The position numbers and the translations under genes were made by a program. From positions 14,254,097-14,318,096 of the forward strand of contig NC_047019.1 of the NCBI RefSeq assembly GCF_902652985.1: 64,000 nucleotides of DNA, written 5' to 3'. This DNA comes from Pecten maximus. Lineage: Eukaryota. Below the pieces are notes generated by a model, which did not search any database, was not told the origin of the DNA, and saw only the letters and a list, made by a program, of their open reading frames with translations. Shown one piece after another: positions 1 to 12,233 of the stretch. Numbering within the stretch: the first letter of the stretch is position 1; every line of letters starts with the position of its first letter.

Positions 1-415
1 CAATTGCCATGTAAGTACTATGACTGTATCTATACATCCATACAATTGTCATGTAAGTACTATGACTGTATCCATACATCCATACAATTGTCATGTAAGT
101 ACTATGACTGTATCCATACATCCACACAATTGTCATGTAAGTACTATGACTGTATCCATACATCCATACAATTGTCATGTAAGTACTATGACTGTATCCA
201 TACATCCATACAATTGTCATGTAAGTACTATGACTGTATCCATACATCCATACAATTGTCATGTAAGTACTATGACTGTATCCATACATCCACACAATTG
301 CCATGTAAGTACTATAACTGTATCCATACATCCATACAATTGTCATGTAAGTACTATGACTGTATCCATACATCCACACAATTGTCATGTAAGTACTATG
401 ACTGTATCCATACAT
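1..415. repeat. Tandem satellite with a 42-bp unit, about 10 copies. It is truncated by the window start
   Basis: The unit caattgtcatgtaagtactatgactgtatccatacatccata repeats head-to-tail. The ORF-track repeats MTVSIHPYNCHVST are 14 aa, matching 42 bp. Confidence 0.9.
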
Positions 416-3400
416 TATATTTCATCATCAAATCCAATCTTTACCTGAAGGCCTCGTCATGTACATCTGCTGTGGCGTCAGACTCTCCAGTATCCTCTGG
501 TAACATATCCTCATCCATGTCCAGGATTCCTACAACAAATATTTCTTCTGTTATAAAAAATTGTAATTGTACAAGATTAACCATGTCGCCCCAAAGAACG
601 GCTGTGTTTCTTTGACACTCCAAAAGATACTCAGCATGCAGTTTCTTGGGGTTGTCTTACACTAGGGGATTATTGAGATATTTTCACCCTTTACAGGTGA
701 AATCCTTATAAGCCCAGTATCAACTTTGCTTTTCAAAGTGATAACACAATCTTTTATTAATGAGTGTCCTAAAATTTGATCTCCAATGAAACTGCTTGGA
801 TTATAGAGGCCTGTGGAAAACTGTAATTAAATTAACTGGTGTGCACTTTTGGTATACATTATCAAGTGATTCCAGCATATTTCAGCACCTGTACAGTCAT
901 CATTTTGTTTTATATCAAATTGATGTAAAAAATGCAGGTCAGCTGGCATGCATGCTTAATGAAATCCTCTACAAAGCAGTTGCTTAAGGCTTCAGTCAGG
1001 AATGGATATAGATAATGATGATTTTCATTTTTTTATAGAAAATCTTATGAACTGAATAAATTTAAATCATTCATATATTATAATTAAGTCGTGAGATGAA
1101 TAAAATAAAATGATATATTCACAAGTAATTCTTGATCAATTCAAAAGCAAAATTTCCATATTTACCATCTATAATGCTGTCATGAGTTCCAATGCTGATG
1201 TTGTCAAGGTTACTACCCCCTGTCGTCTCCATGGTGATGGCCTCCGACACAAAATCACTGACCTTGTCGACATAAGGATATGGATTCTTGATGAAGGTCG
1301 TGAAGACATGAGCCAGCAGTTTGATGACCTCTATCTTCTCTTCACTTGTGGCCAGATTCTCCATGGACATACTGAACTGTCTGATCCACAACTGCAGCTC
1401 CCCCTGGTGGTACTCAAACAACCCGGTACTAAACAGCAACTGATAGAACAGATAAAAGTAAGTGAATGTAAAATAAAAGAAATTAAAGAAATTTCATCAT
1501 GATTATCTCGTTAAGTACTTTCTTCCATCATAAAATTCTGATCTGTGGTGATCCCTGAATACATGCAAAATGTTATTGTAAAATGCTAAAGACTATCTGA
1601 TATTTATCATCAATGAAGCTTTCTCTGTAACTAATGCTACAGAAAATTTGATATGATGTGTAGTGTTTTGTTTTCCTGTCTTATATCTGCATATTATAAC
1701 ATCTCTAGACCCTAAGGATACATAACTGAAAGATTTGGATAATGTTACATAATTATAATCCGATGTTTTTGTGAGCAAAATAATCAGTTAGATATCACCT
1801 GTGTATATGTCCTGCATGAAGATTTACAGTACAGGTGTACTTACAATTGCAAGACGACACTTTTCCTGGTTTGCAAAACTGATAAGAGGTGAGAGTGTTT
1901 GTCTTTTTCATTACATAAGAATTAAAACTAGTTCTCACAAGATTTCCTTGATATATTAAAATCTTAACTGTCTATCAGTACTGTAATTAGAAATTGTACT
2001 TTATGTAAGATTGTGACAAAGTGAAGGGCCTGTCCTTTACACATACTTGCATAACAGGTATGAGTACTTTACCCGACACTAACAAAGGATTTACACACTT
2101 TACCTGGGAGATAAGGTCCCGTGTAGTGATAGTCAGTGGAGTCTGGCAGAGGGAACTGACCTCCATCATTATCTCCAGTAATATGTGCATCAGGGAGCGA
2201 CCATCTTGACTCTACAATAATAGATATCAACATATATTTTTCACAATCACAAATTTATCTGCAGTACTAGGGTGATAAAGATATGTTGAAACCAAATACA
2301 AAAATTTCAAGACCTCATTAATTTTTTTTGAAGAAACAATTCAACAGCATAAGATTTTTAACAATTTGACAATTTTCACGTCTGATGATCCACACTTTTC
2401 AGGCTTGATTTCATTGCTGATTCTTTCATTTCCTTGAGGTCTATCAATTTACGACAAAGTACACTTCTCTTCAGGTCTATGTGATGACATAAACCATATA
2501 AAATGCAAAACCACATATTCAAGGACTTTTTCATGGCCATAGGCCAAGATTCAGGATTTTTCTAGACTGAATTAAAGTAAATTCAAGGCCACAAAATAGT
2601 TAGCTTTTTCCTATATTTTTACACCTAGCCACTAACATAAAACAGTACAGAAAGTGTGGTATACATACATCTTTACCCCAGGGAAGTTTCCGGGCATCGG
2701 TCCTAGATAACAGTTTGAGAAGATACAACTGGGGGAGCATGTGATCAAATGTTTTTGAATCTGCTGGAACCGTAGTTTCAGTGGACTTTTCTGATTGGTC
2801 CTTGCCAGTATCGGCCGTTACTGATTGGTCATTGTCAGTGTTGGCCTTTTCTGATTGGTTGCCTGCATTGTCTGTCTCCATTGTTTGTTCATGTCGTTCT
2901 GATCTGTCAAGGTCTGCTCCAGTTTTCTGTGAGAGTTTTTTGACACCAGCCAGTAACTTGTAGATAATGACTGGATCGTCCACAAGTACTGAGGGCACAA
3001 GGTCCTGATACAAACACAGTGTCTGCTGTATCTTAATCATGTGTTGAAGAGGGGTCACAAAGGTGACATCTACAAAAAAGATCACATCATACCAAAGTCT
3101 ATATTTCAGTTCAATGATTATGTATCACGAAGAAAAGTACAAAATCAGTTACAAAGTCAATATTTTGTCTAATATCAAATCCTGTAGACAAAGGAAGGAG
3201 TATTGAAAAATACCCTTTCCATACCAGGCTATGAACAAGTGACCATTTCGCTCTCAAGGCAAACATCCTACCACTAGGCTACAGGAAATTCCCATTCTGA
3301 GGTAGTACAGGTGACCGTATACTCTCTACTTTTACACAATTTTACACTGTCATAAATGTAGGATTTTTAACGATTATTGTCCATTTTGTCACACTCATGT

Positions 3401-6400
3401 ACTGACATTTTAAAATAAATCACTAAAATTAAACTGGTCAGCTAGCAAATAGATGAACCATCAAGGTTGCCTGTTGTGACTGACCCCTACTTATCTTTAT
3501 TGTCATTATCCAAAAAGACTAGTTACAATAATGTCAATTACCTTGGATTTTCCACATGTCTGATCATAATTACAACCAGCAATCATTCAATGATTTCTGT
3601 ACTTCAACTAAGGCTATAAAATATCTACCCGATGGGAGGACTCCAGGTTTAACAAACAGGGACTATCAATTGAGGTGATTTAATTAAAACAGTACCATAT
3701 CATAAGCCTTATTTTCATATTTCTATTTTCACAACAAATATACCTATTGGGAGTGAAATTTGCAAATCTACACCAGTATCTAGAACACTGGGTTTCTCCA
3801 TTGAAAAATCACAGGAAATGGACAATTTGACAAAGTTATCTCAGTTTACAGATAGCATTTTGGTTTTCAGTGTAAATTTAAATTTATCTTGGTTTACAGA
3901 TAACATCTTGGTTTTCAGTGTAAATTTAAACTTATCTCGGTTTACAGAGAGCATCTTGGTTTGCAGTGTAAATTTAAATAGTTCTAAAATTCAGGTGTAA
4001 TTTATCTGTGCGGTTGCCGTCATCACTCCAGCAAATCTACATATTTTCATTGACAGCACCATACATTGTTTTTACCTGTGAGTCTGGTGTCCTCGTGCTC
4101 AGGTTCCTGTGTCTTAGCCTCAGAACCAAGTGTTGTTGCGTGTTCCCAACACATTAACAGGGACTTGATATCAGGGATAGCCTGCAATGTATTACATATG
4201 GCTTTATTGAATATAAAACAAATCATGTCCTCATTTCCTTTAAGCGTAAAAAGACTTTTACCTGTCTTCAACGAAGATACAACCTTATATAACTGTTACA
4301 CAGGCGCTATACATGGCATTCTAGCTTTTACATTCTAGTAATGTTTATAACTTAAAAAGTCTAAAATATTGTGTCCAACAGATAATGTGGCCAGTTGGGT
4401 TCCATTTAAAGTTATATTTTACTGAAACATCATAATCTGGCCAGGAAGGTGTGTCCTGCTTCACATTCAGGTCATAACATTTCAGTGAGATGACACTTTA
4501 TAGCGATTCCTGTGTAGCTTCATCTTAAATTTAGAGACAATATTAGGACAGGTTTGTCCAATTCAATGTAAGCATAATGTGACTGAGTGGATAATCATGC
4601 TTATGTGTCCAGGTTATGACATTTCAGTATGATAAAACTATAAAATGGTTGTCCTTTCATCTTTGGACATTATCCTTATATCACATAAGCTGTAATAGGA
4701 ATGTTATAAAATTTCGTCTTGATCCAAATTTGACTGACCTTGACCCTATAAGACTGACCTTGATGACCTTCTCTCTGTAGTCTTGTTTAATGTCATCCCT
4801 TTCTGTGTCAGTGTACCAGTGACTTAGGTTGTCCTCCGTCACACATGCCAGGGCAGTCATCCCTCTTTTCAGCATCATATTGATGAAGTCTAGAACTGTG
4901 TCACGTGGTACAATATGTCTGTGCTGAAACAATAAATTTATATAGATGATATACACTGACCTTGACCTTGAGTAATGTGCACAAAGTTGATTGAGTAGTT
5001 TATTTGACCCTGACCTAGATAGTAATGTGTGAAACCCTGACATTGATAGTGATGTGTGTGACCCTGACCTTGATAGTGATGTGTGTGACCCTGACCTTGA
5101 TAGTGATGTGTGCAACCCTGACCTTGATAGTAATGTATGAATATGACATAGATAGTAATGTGTGCATGTGCTCTGACTAACCGTGACCTTGACAGTGGTG
5201 TATGCTTTCCTAAATGACCCTGACCTTGAGAGCCTGCAGTACAGTATATAACATCTCCTGTGGGGGTAAGGTGTCGACCATCAACATGTCCACAAACTTA
5301 TGGGCATTCACTCTGTCTCGTAACTTGAATGCTGCTGGTAGTTCCGACTGCTTTTCGAAAATCTGAAAAAGAGAAGCAGATAGTTTATCTTTTAATTCTA
5401 TCATGCGTCTTTTGCTATGAAAAAAGCCACACTATAACTGAACACTGAATATTTACTTTAATTTTGCCTCTATGAGTACAATTAACCATGTATCCGTCTT
5501 ATACAACCATCCTAACCTTGCAGAGAAATGCCATGGAAGCCCGCCACTTGGGTGAAGGTCGTGGTGACAAGGTGTTTAACATGGAGGGCAGGAAATGACA
5601 CAGCTGGTCTGGGCATGCCCGTAGAGTCTTTATAATCAGTTCCTGGATCTGTGGTGTCTCTGTTACTTTGGTTAGGGATGTCAGGAAACTTGTCAAAATG
5701 TGGTTTTGGTTTCTGAATAGAGCAGAGAAAAAAAGTTTTAAGAGATAATCGCAGTTGTGTCTCATGTCCTTGACCTTAACTTCCAATGATTTTTGACGAA
5801 GTAGCATCCCTGGTTTTATTATTTTAACATTAGTTTTTACATAATTTTATTGATACATTGTGTTCTCAAATTTCTCTTATCACTTTATTTGATCTGGAAT
5901 CATTTTAAACAGATAACAGTGATTCATTTCCCCTTGAAATGGACAATTACCACACTGTTCTTAATACTCAAGCCTGATCTACAAAATCTCACAAATACAC
6001 AATTCTGAGCAAACTTCAGTCCTAGATACTTATATGTGTGATATATTGGTAAATCATTTGAACAGCAGAAAATCTACAAATCAAAACAATTCCACGCCCA
6101 TGATAAAATAAAATTGTGATGACCATGGAGAGCATGTAAAGATGGATGGTCAGACCCTATGTCTACATCCCAGCCAACTTCCATTGCCCAGGGATAATAA
6201 GAATGTCCCCAACTTTGTTACAAAAATAAAAGACTTTATTAAGTTTTCTTACTGTCCAGAAGTGCCAAGCGCTTTGTCATAAAAGTTAATTCCAAATTTG
6301 TGTGAAGAACACAGCTCCACAAGGAGTTGGTGAGTGCTGTCTGCAACAATTTTTTGTTCCTCTGTCTTAGTTGCGTCGTCCACCTGTAAAATATTAGGGA

Positions 6401-9400
6401 GTTGTCAATGGCAATGACTTCTTTAAATCAATGTTCATCTGTTTGATTTGAGGCAGAACAATGATCAATGTCTTACAGAATGCCCAAGGATAACAGTGTA
6501 GATATATCCAGTTAATCCAGTTATCAAAGTAGGAATTTTTAAAATAAACTTCATCTGACAATAACATGGAAGATTTTATTTACCATATAACGATATTCTC
6601 ATGAGAAACCTGAATAGCATTAGAATGAAAAGTCTCAAATTATCTGTTTGTCTACAAGACAAGTGCATTTGATTTTAGGGATGTTTTCATTACAGTGCCA
6701 ATTGTATGCTGTCATTTTTATATATCACAAGAGTGATTTTACAATGGTTAAACTGTACAAAATCTATCACATAATCTGTCTGTTATTTTGTGAATACACC
6801 CATGTAATATGTTTACATAAGTTACTAGTGTAATATATAGTATCATATAAAATGCTTTTGTTTTAGTTTTGACTTTTGTCCTCCATATTTTAACTTTTAA
6901 CTTTGTCAAAACATCAGTTTTCTGATTAAGTGATTACAGTATCTTAATTTGTTTTCACTTCATATGAGATTTTATGAATCTTGTCTCGAAGTTTTATTTC
7001 TTCTTGCCCTCCGAGACTCTTTTCATCATATCTCATCTAAAAGTCCTCTATCTATGACATGGACATACTACATGGTAAAACAAGCCAGTTTAAATATGTG
7101 ATAAATATTGTTTTCCCAGAATCCATCTTTAAAAGTTAAGTTTTCCTTTCATAGATTTCTAAAGCTGTGACAATGTTAACTGACCTCAAGGTTGTCATCA
7201 GCTGGTCGGTTCTGCCAGGTGCTAGGACCTGTCCAGTGGTACAACTGACCCAACGCTCTCATGTTGAACTCTGTAAAAAGTCGAACCTTCAATGTCTTAG
7301 TGACCGCAGGGTTCTGGACAACCTGAAAGTGGGAATAGCAGCTCTGTGATGGAAATGAGCTTTTATCATAGAATACAAAGAACAGGTATAATTAGATACT
7401 GAATTTTTCATGAAACATCTTGTAATATCAAACATTGACAAGCGAATCAATAGCAGATCTAACTAATAGTTATGTCATAAAAATATTATGGAATTTATAA
7501 GATAAGTCTTTAATTCATTCAAACCTCTTTATTTCAAACTCTGATAACTCATAGACCCTGTTGAGCCCCACTCGATTTGCAATAAGAAGATTGCATTCCG
7601 TTACATGTAAATCGAGTAAACCGGGAGAATATATCCCAAAATAAACAAGTTTTTAAGTTTCCTCAAACACTATGACACAAACACATGCATGTATGTGTCA
7701 TATATCTTTCTCTAGTGAAACTCATCACTCGCGCACTTAAACATGGTCCCACCATCTTGGAAGATAAATCTTCCAGCTTCGAGACGGAAGAGGTAGATCT
7801 TCCAGAAGCAGAAGAGCTACAAATCGAGTGACCGAAAGATATATTCTAGAAGGAGAAGAGTGCAAATTGAGTGGGGCTCTGAACTTGAAGAGTATGTAAA
7901 ACATACTAAGTTACCTTGAAAAATCAGAATATCTCAAATTTTTTCCAAGACCCCCACTTATTGTGAGATAAGGAGGTTTGACTGTAGAAAGATGATCTTA
8001 CATCCTCTTCATCATATTTCATTATTGAATTAATTAATAAATTCCATACATCATTGTCAGAGGTGTAAGATTCATTCCTAAATATCAGAATTTAAGCAAA
8101 AACTCTCAAAAAAATTTCCACATAAAACAAGCAAAATTTTACTTTTTTCTTGTGTTACATAATGTACTGTTGTTATTGTGATACCGTCAATGTATTACAA
8201 CATCCAACAGTGTTATTACATTAGTATCGTAACATTTTGATGACATCACTCTATCACAGTGTAGTACAGGCCAGTTTTGTGATATAACCATTGTAGATGT
8301 TACAAGGTTTACCTTGTTGAGTAAGGTAGACAACACCATCTGTATGTTACCAACACTGTCGGCTTGTAGTCCAGGTATCAGGCTGCCAACGAAACCTTAA
8401 ATCAAAATATCATGAATTAAACTTCATTTTAATCACAATTTTAATTTCGTTGATTATAGATAATTCTTAATGGGCCATCAACAAGTAAAATAAAGGACAG
8501 TAATGAAATAAAAAGATACCATTTTACAGAAAAAATGGCATTAATCTATGATATGTAAGATACAGGCTAAAGGATCCACTCCCACATAAAGACCTTGACC
8601 ATTACTAATAATAGAGTACAAAGTCTCAACAAATATGGTAGAAAATAAAAAGGTTGACTTGTACAATCTTCTATCCACAGTATACCTCCCTAGCTTTGTT
8701 ACAGCTTGTGGAGTGTCCAATGAATATGTCCATAAGATATGAGTTATCTCTGCCCATAATAATTAGCGTCGTTTAGTAAGTGACCTTAACCTTAAGATCC
8801 TGAACTACGATCCAATCTGAGGTATTCTTATACCTGACCTTTCTATCAAATTTGATGAATATCTGTTTGATATGATGTTGATGACGTTCAGACATGACAC
8901 TGATATCAAATAGATTATCAGTGATGATATATGCCTTCCCTAGCAAACAGTACAAGCTATAATCACCTCGGATTTATCACAAAATATATTAATGCCTCAG
9001 TTGTCCTATTCTACCTCCCAAGTTGGGGCGGTGGTGGCCAAGTGATTAAGGTGTCCCGACACTTTATCACTAGCCCTCCACCTTTGGGTTGCGAGTTCAA
9101 AACCTATGTGGGGCAGTTGCCAAGTACAGGCTGTAGGTCGGTGGTTTTTCTCTGGGTTCCCCGGCTTTCCTCCACCTCCAAAACCTGGCAGGTCCTTAAA
9201 TGACCCTGGCTAGAACTTTAAACCAAAACAAACAAACAAACTACCTCCAAAAAAACTGACCTCTTTGTTCCAGCAGCTGTTTGATGACATCATCACTCCC
9301 AGTGATTAGGAACGACATCATGAAGTGAAGCAGACATGTACGTACATCCTTAGGGTCCTGAAACGTAAACGAGGGACACACAGTAATTACAGTGAAATGT

Positions 9401-12030
9401 TAAAAAAATTGTGAAGTTATCAAACTCGAGTGCTTCAATAAACAGTGTTCCCCTACTGGTATGTACTGAAGATTAATGCAGACCTAGGTATCCTATAATC
9501 CCACAATGTTAGGAGTTTCATCACAGCAAGATACCTTTGACAGGTAATATTCAGGCAGTATACTGTATTCAACATAATAAGTGCATTATGTGCGTACAAA
9601 AAACACAAAAGGGTTGCACTTTAACAAAACCATATACAGGGAAAAGTTTCCATGAGAAATATGACAGAAAAAACCCACTTCTTTTTCATTTACATATCTT
9701 TAAGGAGACAGAATATTAGGTTAAAGACTTAAGATTAAAGTAGCATATCAGTAAGTTAAGGAACTTTTCTATGTTCCAATAATAACGCACTCATCCTCTT
9801 TTCCTGAAAAAGGGTGGGGTATGCTTATAGGAGCAGATGTACCAACTAGGTTAAATACGGACTACCAATAGCAGATTGGGTGATAAAGATTCCCTCCCCT
9901 AATAGAGCTAGCTGTAGTGTTATTTAATGCTTCCAATCTTTGTTCAAATCTTCAGAAAGCACCAATAAAAACTTGAGGATCAGAAATAAAATGCTAAGAT
10001 TGGGACAGTCACGTAACAATTGAATTTCTTTAGTCATAGTTCAATCCCCATAATACCTTTTTGTCTCTGCGGTTCAATAATGGTGGCAGAACAGAGTTGT
10101 TGAAGTCAAACTGAGCGAGAACCATTCGGGCTGAGCGTTCTCCTAGCATCACCATAGCAGTCAGCAGCCTGAGGGTTACTTTGATGTGGCCGGACTTGTT
10201 GGTCATTAGCAGGGTGAAGTATATGGTGGCCATTTGAGAAGATAACAATCTTTGAACAATGTTCTGGCCCACCACAGAAAACTTCTCCATATCATCTGCA
10301 ATCCTGAGCAATATGGCCTCCAGGACTCCAAAGACAAGTGCCAACTGGTCCAAAGAGATACATTTAAATAACAGACTTTTGTTATGCATGTATTTCCTTA
10401 CAGCAACAATGGTTAATTTATTTATTTTCTTCATAGACAATTCTTTTTATCAGCCACAATATAATCATATATGTGTGATATGTTTATTTAATGAGATGTT
10501 TTTCTGATATTTGAAGAAACTTAGTGAACCTTGTTTGAACTACATGTATAGCTATTATAATGACTTAGTTACTCAAGAAAGCATAGAAAAAGTATAGATA
10601 CAAAAAGGTTAACATCCCAAATTCACCCAAACAAACAAAAATAAACTTTTTGTATACTACATGTATTATTATTATTACAGACTTGGGCGGAAATTACCTC
10701 CCCTGGTTTCCGTTTCCCTGCTTCAAGAACTTTGAACACCTCGCTGCATTCTGCTGATGATCGGCAGTATCCGGCAACAATATCATATCCATGCTCTTCA
10801 GGCCACTTTCTTGCACTCTCAGAAAATTTTTCAAAAGCTGAAAAAAAAAAACAAAAAAACATGAACACTAAATTCTTATACCTATACCAGTAACCTAGGT
10901 CTATATGAATTGAAAAGTGGACCTTTGGACAAGACATATAAACATGGAAATGAACATATTACATTTATCAAACGATCTTTTAAATGTCCAAGAAGAGCTT
11001 TTCCATTGCATAAATATATTTTACATTCCAGAGAGGCATCAAAAATATTTTGATAAATAACATACATATAGATTTGAAATTGCAAAAGGTATTCACTTTC
11101 AATTTATTGCATTATCAGTAGCAGGTGAGTGATGCTACCTCAAAGGCATGCACCTTACAAGGGCTACAGGATTTTGATTCTACTGTTTCAAAGTTTTCTC
11201 TACGAAATTCTGTAATGACATATATATATAGTGTAGTACGTATACCTTACACATGTATGTGCCATCTTAGCCAGAGTTTCCTCTGGACCTGACAACATGT
11301 CTGGTGTAGGCCTGACATATGCATGGTGTCAGGGCCAGAGGAAACTCGGGCTAGTGCCATCTGTGGGGGTGAATTCAACAGAGATGAAGATATATAATGC
11401 AACAGAAATCAATGTCGAACCGTAACGTCTCTGCCAGAGCATTTTGAAATCATTATTCTATGGTAATCCAAAAGTTTGTGATGTTTTATTGGTCTTTTAA
11501 AAAAATTATACGAGCAGAAATATTTCGTATATATAGGTATTTCTGACTATTTTTTGTAATATAAAACTAGACATGCCACTGTGATCTGACGTGGCTGACT
11601 TGCAGTACTGTTGTTTAATGTTACGAATGTTATTGTATTATTACTGATGCTGTCAGAGTTACAGTGCTTAACTAGCCTAATCAGGCATATATAACTGATT
11701 ACCAGCAGGCGTCGAAATTCTGATCGCATCAGGCCTTCGATCGGAATCTTGAAGCCCGAGATTTCAGTTGCCTTTTCTAATATTATATATTACAAGCATA
11801 ACGTTTGAACCTGAAAAGGTTGTTGATGGGTCCCTCAGAAGGTATTTGAACGTAATTTCTGTGAATTCTTCTGTCTTGCATTTCTTATTTGGTGAATCAG
11901 TGTTCTGTTTTTCTGCGTCAACTTTCTTCTTTTTCCTTTTTAACGGTAAATTCTTATCCTCCGTCATGTTTATCGAAACACATGTGCTCGTGTTGTTTAA
12001 ACCGGAAGTTCTCGCCTGTTTACCATTCAC
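1..12030 (-). CDS. URB1: URB1/NPA1-like gene (nucleolar pre-ribosomal-associated protein 1). This is the 5' portion (N-terminal roughly 900 aa), multi-exon, and the gene continues beyond the window start
   Basis: Minus-strand exon translations: MTEDKNLPLKRKKKKVDAEKQNTDSPNKKCKTEEFTEITFKYLLRDP (NLS-rich N-terminus); YDIVAGYCRSSAECSEVFKVLEAGKRKPGE; LALVFGVLEAILLRIADDMEKFSVVGQNIVQRL...LLTAMVMLGERSARMVLAQFDFNN; DVRTCLLHFMMSFLITGSDDVIKQLLEQ; VGNIQMVLSTLLNK; VVQNPAVTKTLKVRLFTEFNMRALGQLYHWTG; HKFGINFYDKALGTSGQ; LIIKTLRACPDQLCHFLPSMLNTLSPRPSPKW; IKNPYPYVDKVSDFVSEAITMETT. The order and motifs match my recollection of the URB1 N-terminal region (for example FEAILLRTASD, LSFLIAGDDSTIVQVLEV, ISFYDASLGTFG, NILKVCPDLL, LVANPYSYTDKASDFVQEA). 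Exons are colinear with GT/AG introns. Confidence 0.55.
1166..1439 (-). CDS. URB1: URB1-like exon (…EEKIEVIKLLAHVFTTFIKNPYPYVDKVSDFVSEAITMETTGGSNLDNISIGTHDSIIDG)
   Basis: Acceptor tctatcag| and donor GATG|gtaaat on the minus strand. Lies within minus ORF 1119..1439. Matches the URB1 ANPYSYTDKASDFVQEA region. Confidence 0.5.
2104..2211 (-). CDS. URB1: URB1-like exon (SRWSLPDAHITGDNDGGQFPLPDSTDYHYTGPYLP)
   Basis: Acceptor tattgtag| and donor CCCAG|gtaaag on the minus strand. The frame was chosen by phase continuity and differs from the listed 1987..2190 ORF frame. Confidence 0.3.
2677..3069 (-). CDS. URB1: URB1-like exon holding an acidic low-complexity region (…IKIQQTLCLYQDLVPSVLVDDPVIIYKLLAGVKK…SEKANTDNDQS…KLPWG)
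   Basis: Minus ORF 2600..3085. Acceptor ttttttgtag| and donor TGGG|gtaaag. Contains an internal run of imperfect 30-bp repeats at 2780-2880. Confidence 0.4.
3818..4000. repeat. Tandem repeat with a 40-bp unit, about 3.5 copies, in a URB1 intron
   Basis: ggtttacagatagcattttggttttcagtgtaaatttaaatttatctt is repeated. The + ORF 3818..4000 shows the same repeat (SVNLNLS). Confidence 0.8.
4076..4181 (-). CDS. URB1: URB1-like exon (AIPDIKSLLMCWEHATTLGSEAKTQEPEHEDTRLT)
   Basis: Minus ORF 4047..4271. Acceptor cattgcag| and donor CACAG|gtaaaa. Confidence 0.4.
4768..4923 (-). CDS. URB1: URB1-like exon (HRHIVPRDTVLDFINMMLKRGMTALACVTEDNLSHWYTDTERDDIKQDYREK)
   Basis: Minus ORF 4681..5115. Acceptor tgtttcag| and donor GAGAAG|gtcatc. 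The length of 156 nt gives 52 codons. Confidence 0.5.
4945..5190. repeat. Minisatellite with a unit of about 30 bp (tgaccctgaccttgatagtgatgtgtg), in a URB1 intron
   Basis: Direct repeats are visible. They give the SGSHTSLSRSGSHTSLS repeats at the end of minus ORF 4681..5115, which are not coding. Confidence 0.8.
5225..5362 (-). CDS. URB1: URB1-like exon (IFEKQSELPAAFKLRDRVNAHKFVDMLMVDTLPPQEMLYTVLQALK)
   Basis: Minus ORF 5210..5404. Acceptor ctttttcag| and donor CTCAAG|gtcagg. The length of 138 nt gives 46 codons. Confidence 0.5.
5517..5712 (-). CDS. URB1: URB1-like exon (NQNHILTSFLTSLTKVTETPQIQELIIKTLRACPDQLCHFLPSMLNTLSPRPSPKWRASMAFLCK)
   Basis: Minus ORF 5499..5807. Acceptor ctattcag| and donor TGCAAG|gttagg. 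Phase is consistent with the upstream exon (…GTSGQ|NQNH). Confidence 0.5.
6252..6382 (-). CDS. URB1: URB1-like exon (VDDATKTEEQKIVADSTHQLLVELCSSHKFGINFYDKALGTSG)
   Basis: Acceptor tttacag| and donor GGACA|gtaaga on the minus strand. Matches the URB1 HGISFYDASLGTFG region. Confidence 0.5.
7185..7322 (-). CDS. URB1: URB1-like exon (VVQNPAVTKTLKVRLFTEFNMRALGQLYHWTGPSTWQNRPADDNLE)
   Basis: Acceptor ctttcag| and donor CTTGAG|gtcagt on the minus strand. The length of 138 nt gives 46 codons. Confidence 0.5.
8313..8395 (-). CDS. URB1: URB1-like exon (FVGSLIPGLQADSVGNIQMVLSTLLNK)
   Basis: Acceptor ttaag| and donor CAACAAG|gtaaac on the minus strand. Confidence 0.45.
9015..9240 (+). mobile_element. 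tRNA-derived SINE, copy 1 of 4 (full length, with an A/C-rich tail), in a URB1 intron
   Basis: tRNA-Ser/Leu-like head GGTGGCCAAGTGATTAAGGTGTCCCGACAC…GGGTTGCGAGTTCAAAACC, then the conserved core GGTTTTTCTCTGGGTTCCCCGGCTTTCCTCCACCTCC and the tail aaccaaaacaaacaaacaaa. Near-identical copies lie at 46496-46628, 51752-51990 and 63038-63270. ORF 8931..9203 is a translation of this SINE. Confidence 0.75.
9261..9357 (-). CDS. URB1: URB1-like exon (DPKDVRTCLLHFMMSFLITGSDDVIKQLLEQR)
   Basis: Acceptor acgtttcag| and donor AAAGAG|gtcagt on the minus strand. Matches the URB1 DVRQAYVQFALSFLIAGDDSTIVQVLEV region. Confidence 0.5.
10057..10344 (-). CDS. URB1: URB1-like exon (LALVFGVLEAILLRIADDMEKFSVVGQNIVQRLLSSQMATIYFTLLMTNKSGHIKVTLRLLTAMVMLGERSARMVLAQFDFNNSVLPPLLNRRDKK)
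   Basis: Minus ORF 10030..10440. Acceptor ggaccag| and donor AAAAG|gtatta. The length of 288 nt gives 96 codons. Confidence 0.6.
10698..10837 (-). CDS. URB1: URB1-like exon 2 (FEKFSESARKWPEEHGYDIVAGYCRSSAECSEVFKVLEAGKRKPGE)
   Basis: Minus ORF 10623..10937. Acceptor (t)n-cag| and donor GGGGAG|gtaatt. Phase 1 in, consistent with exon 1. Confidence 0.55.
11230..11350. mobile_element. Hairpin-forming SINE-tail fragment, a MITE-like inverted repeat
   Basis: ccagagtttcctctggacctgacaacatgtctggtg faces cat(g)gtgtcagggccagaggaaactcgggct. It is related to the tail of the SINE-like element at 30195-30480. Confidence 0.5.
11811..11967 (-). CDS. URB1: URB1-like exon 1 (MTEDKNLPLKRKKKKVDAEKQNTDSPNKKCKTEEFTEITFKYLLRDPSTTFS). 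An alternative upstream ATG lies at 12030
   Basis: Minus ORF 11764..12030. Donor TTTTCAG|gttcaa. Basic NLS-like N-terminus. Confidence 0.5.
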
Positions 12031-12233
12031 GATTCTAACTCAGAATAAATCCAAAGGTATTCCGAGATTAGAATAGTACGCAGAAATTGATGACGTATAA
12101 AATACATGACCTCATTTCCCACTAAACATCACAAGGGAAGTAGTCAGTAATTTCTCAATCACAGTTTTGCAGACAGAAGAGATATCAAATCAAAGCAGAC
12201 AGGAACGTTGCTGGGAGAAAACAGAAAAGAAAA
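11968..12233. promoter_or_regulatory. Putative bidirectional promoter between the divergent URB1 (-) and CHMP1 (+) start codons
   Basis: There are 266 bp between ATG 11967 (minus) and ATG 12234 (plus). Contains the CRE-like motif tgacgtat and no ORFs. Confidence 0.35.

Noticed and set aside
4-615. 203-aa and 142-aa + ORFs at the window start
   Set aside because: They are pure translations of the 42-bp satellite (14-aa repeats). The unit is a multiple of 3, so the frame stays open. There are no splice sites or homology.
1110-1502. 130-aa + ORF
   Set aside because: It is antisense to a well-supported URB1 exon (1166-1439, minus strand). The protein has no recognisable features.
2780-2880. Approximately 30-bp internal repeats (ttctgattggtc…)
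   Set aside because: They sit inside a URB1 coding exon and encode an acidic low-complexity linker (…SEKANTDNDQS…). They are coding low complexity rather than a separate repeat feature.
8931-9203. 90-aa ORF (and similar ORFs 51744..51941, 63018..63234)
   Set aside because: All lie inside copies of the tRNA-derived SINE and share the SINE-encoded peptide [30 protein letters not shown].
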